From contig NC_068983.1 in assembly GCF_001194135.2 (NCBI RefSeq), forward strand, positions 70,419,346-70,472,972: a stretch of DNA of 53,627 bases. Direction: 5' to 3'. Source of the DNA: Octopus bimaculoides. Taxonomy: Eukaryota. A program made the translations under genes and the position numbers. Below the pieces are notes generated by a model. The model was not told the DNA's origin, did no database searches, and saw only the letters and a program-made list of their open reading frames with translations. Within the stretch, counting starts at the first letter, position 1. Each line of letters opens with the position of its first letter. Below, piece after piece: positions 25,271-39,029 of this stretch.

Positions 25271-25475
25271 TATGTGTGTGTGTGCACATGTAGACATGTA
25301 TAATTAGTTTGGTAAATCCTCAGTTTCATGTAATATATCATCTCTTTCAAGAGCATAAATGTAATTGAGTGTAATTTATTAAGGTTTAGAAATGTGTAAT
25401 TAATACATACATACATATATATGTAATTAATACATACACACACACACACATACACATACATACACATGTATATAT

Positions 25476-25556
<81 letters not shown>

Positions 25557-26024
25557 TATATAAACTCTTCCATCATTCAGTCAAAGATACTTTTGTAAAT
25601 ATTAGGTTTTCTGTCCATTCCTTCATTATTTCTCAGTAATATTAAATAATTAAGTGAAGATAAATTACAAAAGATAGAATTTAAATATATTCATGCCTTG
25701 CAGACTCACATCATTTGGTAACCAAAAACAACTGTAGTTATTGCTGAGCTTCATGTTGTATAGAAACTATTTAAACTTTCTGAATGGTGCAAAAAGAAAT
25801 GCTCACAAAAAAAAAAAATGAAGAGAGAAGAAGCATCTGCATGATCATATATTCATTTAAGCACACACACACATAGATAGATATACAGAGACACACTCAT
25901 ACATACACACATATATACATATATATATATATATATATTTATATATTGGTATGTTACTTAATGATTAGTTGTGTTAATGTTTTCCACTGTGTTTTTTCAA
26001 GTCACAATATTTCTACAACTGTAC

Positions 26025-26056
<32 letters not shown>

Positions 26057-26368
26057 ACATATGTATATATATATATATATGTATTTATGTATTTATATAT
26101 TCCTAGGCACCACTATCAAGAGGGTGTATATTGGTTTTATGATGTTTTGCATGTTAGGGATGAGGGATATTGTCATATTGATTATTCTTCTCATACTCTC
26201 TCATGCTACTAACTACTTCAGTCCATGTCAACCAGTACATATATATATATGTGTGTGTGTGTGTCTGTGTGCGTGCGTGTGTATGAATTCACTGGATAAT
26301 TAATTGAACTCGTATCCACCCTGTAAACTTCAAGCACTATATAATGCTTTTGCCTTGTATCAAACATT

Positions 26369-26537
26369 TTATGGTTGTTGATTTGCTGTTGCTCTAAGAA
26401 AGGAAAAGAAAACAGGTTTTATAAAATTAAAACCTTTACCACATTGTTTATCATTGTTATTTTAGAAATATTTTTCCTAATGTTAAAGTCTTATTCTTCC
26501 AGTCATTTATTAGCTATCAAACTTTGAACAATCTTAA
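26369..26537. repeat. About 170-bp direct duplication, copy 1 (copy 2 at 29311-29483)
   Basis: Sequences align by eye with few substitutions plus one A-rich indel block. Confidence 0.95.
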
Positions 26538-26974
26538 ACAGTAAATTCAAACCAACTTGCCTAATCTAAATTAAAGCCTTCTATCAAAACAACTTCATGT
26601 TAATTTATTTTCCAGTCAGCAGCTTAATATTGACAAAGTTATTTTGATAAATTCTTTAATATTTCCCAAATTAATTGAAACACAGAAAATGTTTATCAAA
26701 TGATATATGGTAAAAAAACATGTTATATTCATAGTGCCATTTTTGCCATAGGCCAGGTGAGCGATAGATTAGGAACTTTAAGTCAAACTTTCTCAATTCA
26801 TTTTTGTTATGGTCTTAGGCTTAGTAATCTTTGTTCTTTATTTAAAAACTTTCATATGATGTTCAGATTTAAGCCATGCCTACTGTGCAGGGGATCACGG
26901 TCCAGTATATAGATTGGTTCTTTCTATTGTCATATCTTCCATTGTTGTTTTGTACTTGTTATTTTGATGTTGCA

Positions 26975-27325
26975 ACAACATGATTTGGGGATTCAGTCCC
27001 ACTGCATGGCACTTTGGGGTAGTGTCTTCTACTGTAGCCTTAGGCCTACCAAAGCCTTTTGAGCAGATTTGGTAGATGGAAACTGAAAGAAGCCCATCAT
27101 ATATGTATGTGTGTGTGTTTATTTGGCCCCCTCTACCGCCACCATTTGACAACCAATGCTTATGTCTCCATAACTTAGCTGTTTGGCAAAGAGACTGATA
27201 GAATAAGTACCCGGCTTTAAAAAAGTATTGCGGTTGATACCTTCGACTAAAACTTCTTCAAGGCGGTGCCCCAGCATAGCCATAGTCTAATGACTGAAAT
27301 GAGTTAAAAGACAAAAGATAAAGGA
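26975..27325 (+). mobile_element. Major SINE family copy (aggcgcaggagtggctgtgtggtaag...gactgaaac(aagtaaaag)n type)
   Basis: Shared body ttcagtcccactgc.tggcac.ttggg..agtgtcttctactatagcc...gaataagtac. Other copies at about 10045-10230, 40115-40730, 46180-46558, 50585-50730, 51976-52436, 52471-52859 and 53290-53627. Confidence 0.85.
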
Positions 27326-28232
27326 GGATCAGCAATATCTAAGTTTATTTTTCATTTTTTGGCTTCTCATAGATTATGACAATACAATATTCTTCTAACT
27401 TTACTTTTAGTGGGTAGCTGATGTTATCTTTATATTCACTACCATGAGTTTTGCATGGGAATAAATTCACATAGTTCTTGTTCATGATATCTTCTGATGT
27501 ACAGGAGAGATATTCTCAAAGGTATAGACCTGCTTTTGAATACTGTACTGATAATCTATGGAATGATATACCTTAATGTAAAATTGACGTGTTTGATTTT
27601 AGACTAACATTTTCTAAACTCAGCTCTTGAAAGTTGATGTTATGCTTGCAAGAGAGTTGTTACCCAAAAGATCTTTCTAATGGTGATCATTTATTGGTAT
27701 GCATTTGAGAATTTTCTAGGTTGTAGGTGATAAGTGATTCATTTCTACATGCTTCAGGAATGGTGGAATCAAAGTTTGGGTATTGTGCAATGAACATGGG
27801 CTTCCAATGTACAGATATCATTTATCCACAGTCTGTGCATGCACATTCATGCAGGTCAGCTTATTGGCTTTTCCTTTTCTATTATGAACTGTGTTGAAGA
27901 TCTTACAAAGTTCATACATTCCAGCAGTATGTGTTCCTTTCAGGTGAGTCCAGTTTTTGTAGATATCTTTATACATGTAGATGATATGGTTATCTAAAAC
28001 TAAAAGGATTTGTATGAATTAGCATAGTAACTGAATTCCAATAGCCTCATCAGTAAATCTAAAACAGAGATAAACACAATATGTGAGTCTTCAATAGTGA
28101 AAAAAGTATATTAAGCTTTAAACCTTTAAAAATACAAATTTTAAAAAGTGGTTAGGTTTAAAGCTCTAAACATTCATTCCAAGACAATGGCTTAGTGAAT
28201 ATGAGCCTTAATTATGAAGTATTGCAGTTTAC

Positions 28233-28343
28233 CAGTTGGACATGAGTTCAATCCCTAGTGCAGTGAATTTATATGTACTATATTTCAAGTGGAAATGAGC
28301 AAGTAGTATGTTGAGTTCTGAACTAACAAATATAAAAATATTC
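28233..28343 (-). CDS. Candidate symmetric exon (111 nt, phase 2->2): NIFIFVSSELNILLAHFHLKYSTYKFTALGIELMSN
   Basis: Acceptor cctttgtttcatttcag| and donor TG|GTAAAC; only one frame is open. Its 3' part resembles a tRNA-SINE B-box, so it may be repeat-derived. Confidence 0.3.
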
Positions 28344-28497
28344 CTGAAATGAAACAAAGGAATGAGAGCAGTTTTGGCATCTGTAAAATATATGTGTGGA
28401 AGAGATGGAATATTTGTGATGTTGGTAGTTACCAAGATGAAGACAATATTCAGAAAATATAAGTATATTTATGATTATTCTTTATGTCAGAAATCCC

Positions 28498-28534
<37 letters not shown>

Positions 28535-29039
28535 CATGTATGTATGTATATGTATATATATATGTGTATGTATTTTCAGGTTAAGTATTAAAAATTTTGA
28601 TAATATAGAAATATTTTTTCAGCTTTTGATTATTTATTCTATTAAAATTTCATATTATTTTATACTTATATTGTTGCACATTCAGCGAAAGACAAAATTT
28701 AGTGTATTTTGTCATGAATCCTGTTTGGAGTTTAGTTCTTTCAGGTGTGTTTACATAGTAGCAGCAATCATGTCATAGTCTTAAGATGTTAGACACAGAA
28801 TTTTTCATGTAGCAAAACTGACACCTTTTATTATTTTTTTTTTATTTATTTCTTTTGATCATTTTAGAAAGAAAAAATATAAATGCAAAAAACCCAAAGG
28901 AAATATAAAAAATATATAAAAAAATTAATTTTGTAATGAACATACATACACACATATACTTACAGATGTGTTTGTATGTGTCTATATGTATATCCATGTA
29001 TGAATGTTTATGTGTGTGTGTGTGTTTATATATCTATAT

Positions 29040-29170
29040 ATATATGTACACATATAAATAATAAATATATGTATATATTTATATATGTACATGTATAAAT
29101 AATAAATATATATATTTACATATGTACATATATAAATAATAGATATATGTATATATTTATATATGTATGT
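29040..29170. repeat. AT-rich minisatellite, about 3 copies of a 40-45-bp unit (atatgtaca..tataaataataaatatatgtatatatttat)
   Basis: Unit recurs three times with small variations. Confidence 0.75.
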
Positions 29171-29900
29171 ATAATTTAGTATGTTTTCATCTACTTGACA
29201 AAATTCTGTCCATTTTGAAAATCTGATTCCCCAAAACTTCTCAAAAGTAGAGTTCCAATATTTTCTAATGACTGAGCCAAAATTTCTGATTCACTTGTAT
29301 CACAAATGTCTTATGGTTGTTGATTTGCTGTTGCTCTAAAAAAGTTTTAAAAAAATAACAGGTTTTATAAAATTAAAACCTTCACCACATTGTTTATCAT
29401 TGTTATTTTAGAAATATTCTTCCTAATGTTAAAATCTTATTCTTCCAGTCATATATTAGCTATCAAACTTTGAACAATCTTAACAAGCTGGAAACTCACA
29501 TCATTTCTGTGAATAAATTTCTGCTGAAAGGTGCTTTTTTGGATGTTTTGAACAGTAATATCATTACCCTCATGTGTTCAGTAACCAGTTTGAGTGCAAG
29601 CTTTTTATGCATGATTAAATGAGGCCCAATTCCAAAAAAACTGGCTATTACATAATAGATTATAGTTTTTATTCAATGTTTTGTATAGATACACTTTTTT
29701 TTCATCTCAGGTATAATTGAATCACTCCTACAATAAAATATGGCAAACACAAAACTATTTTTGCAATGTCCCTGTTTTAATATATGATACTTGAGTCATG
29801 AGTGTATGTGCACACAGACATATATGTATACATGTATACATACAGATACATATACACATGCATATACATAAAGATATATACCTCACATCTATCTATCTGT

Positions 29901-29943
<43 letters not shown>

Positions 29944-30061
29944 GGGATAAAAATCCAAAATTACAGGTAAAAACTCAATTAAAATCAATTTATTGAAAAT
30001 TAAGTGACAGTGGATTTTCATCGATGAGTTCATGAACCTTGGTTCTTTTCCCTAAAACTAT

Positions 30062-30102
<41 letters not shown>

Positions 30103-30339
30103 CACACACATGTATATGTGCATGCACACATGTACACGCACACACACATACACACACATAGTATCTGAAGTGTACAGTATTATATATCTATCGCGGCTGA
30201 ACTTACCAATCAATGGTAAATCTATACTGTGCAATGATATATATATAATACTGTACACTTCAGATAATGAACCCAGTTTATTGCCAGGTATATGAGTGCA
30301 TCTTTTTCCTGATTTATGGAATTTTAGATGACTTACTTA

Positions 30340-30381
<42 letters not shown>

Positions 30382-30736
30382 TACTCATACACACTGGAAA
30401 AATTGGACACAAAAATGATTATGCACCTACACACAGACACATACAAATATGTAAAAACTGGGATCAATTCTTCTGGTAAACATGGTAGGATCACTTAAAA
30501 TAAAAGAGCTGAACATATATATATATGTGTTATTAAAACATAAGTATCAACATGTTTCATTAAAACAGATATCCAACAAAATGCTCTGAACTTACTGTCT
30601 AAAACACACTTACGCACGTACATACACATGTATGTGTATATATATATATATATATATTATGGAGATGTACTTGCATAGCAAGTGATCTGATCTGAGATCG
30701 TGTGCTGAAACAAAAACAATTGCAGTGTGGAAGGTG

Positions 30737-30783
<47 letters not shown>

Positions 30784-31482
30784 TTGTGTATGTGTGCGTG
30801 TGCTTAAACAGGACTATACATACATACATTTATACATACGCACACACATGTATTTTAAAATACTCATGCATATATATGTACACACACAAACACAGACGTT
30901 CACACATCCACATATATGCACACATGCACATATTTTGTTTGTATGTCTGTATGCTTATGAAAGTAACTATTTCAGCAGTGAGCTGAAAAAGTACATGATT
31001 TTTTTCCCATAACTAATATACAATATGTAACACTTGCATAATGTTTGTATTTCATAGAACATCATCGTTATATTTGATTTTATTTTCCAAATATACTATT
31101 TTATATCAAAATGATGGAGGCATCACATTATCTTTGTACTGTAACTATGGCAAAACTGCTGTCACATTATTGTAGGTCACAACATGACAGCAGTTAAGTT
31201 CTTGCAGTTTACCCAAAAGACAATAGTAAAAGTTGCATTGGTTGATTATAGCCATGGATCTTTAGATGTAGCTGATGGAGTATGTTTTTGATAAACCTAA
31301 GTAATAATAATAATGATAACAATAATAAGAATAGTGATAAATATTTATGTCAAGAATGTGGCGATACCTAACAGCAAAAGAGAAAGTAATATCAGTTTCA
31401 ATGGAGCATTGTTCTTTCTTTTTTTAAAAAAAGAAAAGAAAATTGTGCAACCTGGAACCACTGGACTTCAAGACAGACATAC

Positions 31483-31557
31483 ATATTCTTCAAAATCTTG
31501 CCGTCCTTGGAATACCTCATGGTCTTTGGAAAGTATCTTTTGTCTAAGGCCTGCTGA
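31483..31557 (-). CDS. Candidate symmetric exon (75 nt): SAGLRQKILSKDHEVFQGRQDFEEY (phase 0) or QQALDKRYFPKTMRYSKDGKILKN (phase 2)
   Basis: Strong acceptor ttttttttcttcttcatactaacag| and donor TAT|GTATGT; two frames are open. Confidence 0.45.
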
Positions 31558-33462
31558 CTGTTAGTATGAAGAAGAAAAAAAACTCAACAAAATTCGTATT
31601 TTAAATCTATATCATGGAATGAGATACTAATTCATTATATTTGTCACAAGGGCAGTAGATGAGAGGACATTACATAGTCTGGTTACAAAAAGTGTGGGTG
31701 TTTACACTGAAATTAAATGAATGAGAAAAAGAAAGTGAATGAGTGTGCAAATTGTAATAATGTCCCTAGACATAGACCACCATCTAACACTAATTAAGGA
31801 ACCTCACAGATCTTGGATTACCTTCGCTATAATCAATAATGAAGATAATAATAAAAGTAATGTAAATAAATAATAATTTTATAGTAATTATATTCACCAT
31901 CATTTTATGTCTGTCTTCCATGCTGGCATGGGTTGCACACAGTATTAATAATCATATTTTTGAAACTAAACATGTCTTCTCTCATAAACCCTTTGGCAAG
32001 TTAGTCAATAGGACATTGAGTTTTCTTAGTATACTTCAGTGGATTGTGTCTCATTGTAGTATCTATATATATATATATTAACATTAACTGGTTGGAGGCA
32101 TTTGAGAGCAAAGTATATCCTATTATAGTTTTAGTGCATGGCTTGCAAATAGATATCAACTGCTGACTTTTTCATTGGTTTGTCTATCCACTATTCCCTA
32201 GATCTACAAGTCTTTAAAATAAGAGAGTATTTACTTGTGACTATTACTAAAACACAAGATGCAACAGAAAAATAGTATTAATTCAACAAGATTTTCAGAA
32301 GAAAAGTTACTATCTAAATAGCATAAGCCCAGGGATATTGTTAACTTAATGTTCAAATGACACATATCTTCTTGATGTCACATCCTGTTTGACAAGTGTT
32401 CATTAAATATTATTTGCAGATAATTATGCTAAATATTGCCTTTATCAATTAAACATTTTTCTTCATTCATTTCTCTGTTCTTCTACCAAGAAAGCTTATT
32501 GATAATTTTCATTTTAATTCCTACCTCAAAACTAAAAAAAAAGAGGAAGTTTCTATGCAATCATTGACTTTTTAGAAATAGCAGTCAATTTTAACTCATC
32601 ATATTCTATTATCTTTAAAAAAACTGCCAGAATGCTACATAATTACTAATTAGCAAAATGACTAGATGATCAGAGTCAGGCCATTTCTGATCATAAGGCT
32701 GTTTAATCAAGGCAACAACAACAAATAAAAATCATTTGATGACTTTACAAGGGAGCCTTTAAGTGGTTGCTTAACATGCTAGAAATAGTAGACAAATATT
32801 CCTCAAATCATACCCTACCATCTTAAAAATATCGGAAGGAAGGCATGATACCTTGGATAGTATAATTCTTAATGCACTATAACTGAAAGAAAAGTGGTTT
32901 ACTTACAGAATGCCTTTGATCATATTTTTACTCAGTCAGGATTGAATTGTTACTAAGCTAAATAACTAAAAGATTTCTGGTCAAGTTTTCAGAATAAAAT
33001 GGTTTAATACTGAAGAAAACAAACCACAGATCCCTCATCAAACCAATCACCCTTATTGACCCATTCATAAATTTCACTTATGGTCAAGATTTCTTACCCT
33101 TTGCTTTGCCTTCCACTTCAAATACATAAAAGAAATAGCTTTGTTAGAGATATTAAGCCAATTTCAGTAACTTACAGTTTCATGTTGTCACAGTGACCAG
33201 ACAGATTTTATGCGGATAGTCAGGTAGTTTTAAACAACAACAACAACAACGATAATAATAATGGTAATGGTAATAATCCTTTCTGCTATAGTCACAAGAC
33301 CTGAAAGTTTGGCTGAGCAAGCTAGCCTATTACATTGACCCCAGTACTCAACTGGTACATATTGAGAGCAAAGTCTAGCTTGGCAAAATTTGAACATCGA
33401 CCACTAAAAATTGTTTTGCATGCTAAAACTTCTGCCAGCTCATTGCTTTAGTAATGCTCATT

Positions 33463-33790
33463 TAATGTCAATGTTCCATGCTAGCATGGGTTAGGTAGTT
33501 TATCAGGATCCAAGGACTGCATCGTGTTTTAGTATCTGCTTTGATATGGTTTCTATGGTTGGATGCCCTTCATAATGCCAACCATCTTACAGGATGTGCT
33601 AGGTGCTTTTTTCATGCCACCGGCACTAGTGAGATCACTATGCAGCTTTGTAGACTACAAAATCTGAGGTGGTGGTGGTGGGTGGTAGTTTTGTGCTAGG
33701 AAATGAAGAGGTAAAGTATGTAAGAAGTGTGTGGTGAAGTAAGTTCTTGTTTTAGAGGAGCTACATGGCTAAAAGAGTGTGAGAATACTC
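33463..33790 (-). mobile_element. RTE-LINE 3' end fragment
   Basis: tttaatgtcaatgttccatgctagcatgggtt...ggatgcccttcataatgccaacc matches the family 3' UTR. Confidence 0.75.
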
Positions 33791-35148
33791 AGTAGGAACT
33801 GCAAAAGGATAAATAGTAGTAATGAGGTATCCAAATGGCTCCTCAAGATATTAGACGAGTAGAAGTAGGAACAGGAACGGAGAGTGTGGATGTGTGAGTG
33901 GGTGAAAAGAATGTATGGAGGAGCAAGAGACAAGGAAATAAGAGAGGGGAGGTTGGCAAAAAACTGTAATGATTAGGCTGGGTTTTAAGGTGGATATATG
34001 GAGTGATGGATAAAGGGTGGGGAATGACCAGTGATGCACCAGCCAAGGAAGGTCGAGGGATATCGAAGTAAGTGGAAGCCAGGAACAGCAGGATAATAAT
34101 TACGATACAGTTGACATAAGCCATATGAGGGACAGAGTTAACATGTGGCTGGGAGGCTGCAGAAGGGAGAGAGGCTGGCATAGTGAATGCGGAGAGATAA
34201 TTTGGTAGAAGATGGGGCATATTATGAAACTGTTGATGGTTATTATGTTGTTCAATTTTTAATAGGATATGAATAGGGTATGATTTATAGAAGATGATAG
34301 GAAAGTAAGATTTCATACCTTGAGAAAGATTATAGAAATTAATATTTATATACTAGAGTAATTATAACTTCTTGACAGGGGCAGTTGATTTTAAGAAACA
34401 GGAGAGAATCAAGCACAAAATATGTGGTTTTTATTTGTGTTCCTTTATGTTCTTTGTTCAAATTCTGCCTTGGGCATAGGGATCAATGAAATAATACCAA
34501 TTAATTATATTGTCCCCTTCAAATTTGTGTGCATGTGCATTTGTTAGAATCTGTTTTCTTTGGGCTGGAGGTGTATCAGGGACCGAAATCTATCAAAAAT
34601 ATTCAGTATAGTTCAGGAATAGTGTTTTATTGCTATGGACTGTCTAGAAGTGAAGGAAGCAATATATTTGTGGCTTGTCTCTCAGCCAAAAGCATATTTT
34701 CTGAGAGAGTAAAGAAGATTGTGCAAAGATGGACTGTATTGAAGAGTAAGGAGACTATGTTGAGAAATGATATACATTTAAGATCTCAATTAATGCTGTA
34801 ATAAATCTTAAAAAAAAGAAAATGAAACTAAAAGTAAACACATCACTGAATGCTAATCTTTAGAGCACAGAAAGTGAAGAGACCATGATTGATATAACAT
34901 TTTAATTGAATATTCAAATTCAAACCAGCACTGTGGTGACTGAAGGGAAACCATGTCGAGTGAAGTGCAGGAAATTAATTTTTCTACCAACTAGAAAAAC
35001 AAAGATCATTGTGGATAGTTAACAACCCCTCTTTAAGGTTATATCTTGGTCAAGCACTTAAGAATTCAAATACATTTTCTATGTAAGATATATAATGGCT
35101 GCAAGTTAAAAATGCTGTCCTAATCATAATATGATCATGAGCTCATAC

Positions 35149-35210
35149 ATTTGTACTGTTGTAGTAGAGTGTTGTGTCATTTTCATAACACCTAACTGTA
35201 TTTGCTCCAA
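35149..35210 (-). CDS. Weak candidate exon (62 nt, phase 1->0): GANTVRCYENDTTLYYNSTN
   Basis: Donor AAT|GTATGA, acceptor ttttttaatcatcgaag|, open frame. Confidence 0.25.
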
Positions 35211-36496
35211 CTTCGATGATTAAAAAATACAGGTTCCATTGCTACTTCACAGTCATCAAGTTAGTGGCTAAAAAGTTGTTTCAAAAAACAAACTACCACA
35301 ATCATGTAAAACTGAATGAAAACCTGGCCTGACAGAGTGCTAACCTCCTTTGAAAAAACAGTTTTGCTCCATGAACATTTGTACCTTCATTTGCCCCATC
35401 ATGTGGAAAACAGTATCTTCTTAGTATAAATCAAAACATCGCCACCACCACCACCACCACTACAACAACAACAGTAATGCTAATTAGATTTTATATGCTG
35501 ATATTGTTAATTGGATTTTCTAAGACATTTACATGTCTTTCCTATAATAAAATGTGGCAGGTTTGTATTTCAAACCTATAGACTAGAAGTCATTTATAAT
35601 ATAATTAATTAACATGCTAAATAATATAATTAATAAACCATAATGTCATTATATTTGACCTCACCAAATTAATGTGTTAAAATTAAAAACTAAAGTCATC
35701 AGATATCCAACTGTAAATGCCATTTGCTGAAATTCTTACTAGAAAATTTGTTTCATTCCTTAATTTTATAATCTTTACTATAGAAGCTAAATTAAGACCA
35801 GCTATTAGTTAATTTTAGTCAAATGTAATTTAAATGATTTAGCTAAATTAAAATATCTTGTTGGTTAGTTTCTTGAAAGTGAGACTGAAAACTCTTACAT
35901 GATTTCTAAGTCAAATTATGGGCAACAGCTGTTTAATTAATTAATTTCCATACGACCAGAATTTAAATTTTAAAATTGAATAGTTAGAATATTAAATAAT
36001 AGCATAACAATTTTAAAAATTACATATTTTTCAGTGCAGTCTGGTGTGATAGATAAGAGGATTCTCTCATTTTATTTCCAAAGTTAATCATATTACTTAT
36101 GTTTTCAGCAGAAAAATACATTTCATTCTTTTTGTCTTTTGGCTATTTTATTGTAGTTCGAACTAATTTTGTTGGTGATGTTTTAAACCTTATATAATAA
36201 TAGCTGTTTAAATGAACCAGTGCCTGTTATTCTAAACTTCAATAAAATGTACTTATATTGAATTTACATGATGATAGACAAATAGGAATGTCTCTCATCA
36301 TATTTTGTAACAAATCAGCCACTGTGAACCAATCAGATATGTACAATTTGGCTTTCAATTAATACTTTCCTTTATAGCAAAAACTCTGCAGTCATCAGCA
36401 GATTCCTAGAGAGTTGGGATTATGATGATCCTGTTTTGATCTTCAGTTGAAGCCATCTTCTATCCATATGTTGCTAATGCTCTTGGGAGAAAATAC

Positions 36497-36533
36497 CATA
36501 TATAACTCCTCCTTAAAACATAGGTTCTTGTAC
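36497..36533 (-). CDS. Weak candidate exon (37 nt): YKNLCFKEELYM or TRTYVLRRSYI
   Basis: Very long pyrimidine tract ending cttactag|; donor TG|GTATTT is modest. Confidence 0.25.
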
Positions 36534-37892
36534 CTAGTAAGAAAAAGAAGTAAAAAAAAAAAAAGAAATTAAAAAGTAAAAAATATAAAAAAGAATGAAA
36601 CATACTATTTTCTTTATCTTTCTTAGATCCACATAATGTAGTCTTTGAGATTCACTTTTCCCATTTTGATTGAATATTAGATCATTTAGTAAACATTGTC
36701 TACAAGAACTTGTAAAAATATAATAGTAATGTAACACAGTATAGTAGTAATATAAACACAATATTGGCTTTGTGGGTGTGGACAAAGATCTCCACCCACC
36801 TTTCAGCACTTAGATAGTCCCAAAATATCAAAATTAAAACTAACAGTTATCAGCACTGCTTATCTTATGATAAACAACATTCAACTCTAATTCATTTGCT
36901 TTCATCAATATTTTTTTAATCAAAGATCGATTCCTTGTATTAAATGGTCCCACAAGATACCTAAATTTTGAACTTCTTTACTTGGCTGTGAAAATAGAAT
37001 ATATATCTATAACAAAACAAAAAAAGAATAACAACAATAATAATGATAACAACAAAAATAAAGGAGTATTTTCTTTTTGGCTTGCTATTCTATGAGAAGT
37101 TCTGATTTCACCATCTGCATTTGTTATTTCAGTCTTCACTTTCTACATCTCTTTTGTCTTTGAAAAGATTGTTTCCTTTTATGTTTACAAGAATCTGTTG
37201 CTATTAGAATGTATATCTCACATCAAAAAAACACTTTTTTAAAATACAGGCAATGACTTTTTAATCTCAGCCATTACATTGTATGAACTATTTAGAGGGG
37301 AACATTTTTCATACTAAACGTAAATATAATAGCATCTCACATGTGTAATATAGTGAGTTGAATGACTTTGGCTAACTGAGATTATGAAAACAATTAGTAG
37401 AAAAAAAACCTTCTTTTAGGGTTGTTGAAAAATCTAAAAGCAACAAAGGAGAACTTCAATAAAATCAATTAATTGAAATTTTGAAAAATATTAGAAATAC
37501 AGAATGAGAGTAGATCTGGTCTTAAAGCCAACTGGTGAAAGCAACTGGTAAGTTTCAGTCTTATTTGACCTCCTTAGCAAACTGTTTTTTATTCAGTTGG
37601 CAAGACTTAGAGTTATCACTCTGATTATAGAAGCAGAGGAAATACAATGATGTAAATTATAATTTAAAAATGAATTTTATGAATTGATTTAAAAAAAATG
37701 TCTTTCCTCTCTATTATTCAAATTAATTCTGAAATAAAAACATTCATTAACTTTATTTTGTTGACTCATAAATATTTTGGATAAAATTGTACAACTGCTT
37801 AGTATGCTGTTTTGAAATAATATCATTTAAAGATTTTGAACTTTAAAGATGACATATTTGGAATGAAAACTAATATTTGAATTAAAACTTAC

Positions 37893-37960
37893 TGGGAATT
37901 CATAATATCCTACATCAGAAGAACTTGCAAAGGTCATGAATATCTTCCCTCCTCTTCTGA
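37893..37960 (-). CDS. Candidate exon (68 nt, phase 1->0): RRGGKIFMTFASSSDVGYYEFP
   Basis: Acceptor acttttctctctataag| and donor CCA|GTAAGT; only one frame is open; purine-rich start typical of exons. Confidence 0.5.
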
Positions 37961-38206
37961 CTTATAGAGAGAAAAGTGTAATAAATATTAAATCAAATTA
38001 TCTTAAGATAACTAAATTATATTACTGCCTTTACTGAAAGAATTTTTCATACACCAGTTTTTCTACTTCTTATTTTCATTTTGATATTGACATTAAAATT
38101 ATATCCACACTCTTATTTATATATATATATATAATATATATATATATATTATATTATATTACATTATCTCTCTCTCTCTATGTGTAGATAATATTATACA
38201 TATAGA

Positions 38207-38241
<35 letters not shown>

Positions 38242-38633
38242 AGTATGTATATATATATATATATGTTGACATCCTATAAATGTCAGATAAGAAATATTGG
38301 ATGTCACTGATAATCAGAAAGCTGATGATTCCAGAAATCAATGTGATTATTAGCCAAAAACTGATAATCTACAGATCAGAAGAGCTCTCTCAGATGTGTA
38401 CAGATTGAGAACAACATTCCATCGACACATTAAATACAAGCAGATTTAATATTTGAATTTGGTCTAACAAGTAGTCTGTCTTGATCAAAATCTAAGATCA
38501 CCTCTGGAGATATTCTATACATCCCATTACCATTATATCTAAAGGAGGAGCTTCTGGCCTGTCAGAAAAAGTAACCAAGTCTTCTTCATGGAAAGGGGAC
38601 ATGTATATTCAGCATAATGTATATCTTAGATAG

Positions 38634-39029
38634 TTGTTGTTGTTGTTCTTGGCACTCCGTCGCTTACAACCTCAAGGGTTCCAGTTGATCCAATCAACGG
38701 AACAGCCTGCTCGTGAAATTAACGTGCAAGTGGCTGAGCACTTCACAGACACGTGTACCCTTAACGTAGTTCTCAGGAATATTCAGTGTGACACAGTGTG
38801 ACAAGGCTGGCCCTTTGAAATACAGGTACAACAGAAACAGGAAGAAAGAGTGAGAGAAAGTTGTGGCGGAAGAGTACAGCAAGGTTCGCCACCATCCCCT
38901 GCCGAAGCCTCATGGAGCTTTAGGTGTTTTCGCTCAATAAACACTCACAAAACCCAGTCTGGGAATTGAAACCGCAATCCTATGACCGCGAGTCCGCTGC
39001 CCTAACCACTGGGCCATTGTGCCTCCACC
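38634..39029 (-). mobile_element. Near full-length tRNA-derived SINE with (AAC)n tail, second family, CpG-retaining
   Basis: Reverse complement starts GGTGGAGGCACAATGGCCCAGTGGTTAGGGCAGCGGACTCGCGGTC...GGTTTCAATTCCC (A and B boxes). Confidence 0.85.

Noticed and set aside
25710-25779. Minus-strand segment with good splice sites and MKLSNNYSCFWLPND
   Set aside because: All three frames are closed from the acceptor; it works only as a start exon, which conflicts with upstream candidates.
34529-34801. 90-aa plus-strand ORF
   Set aside because: No recognisable domain or convincing splice context.
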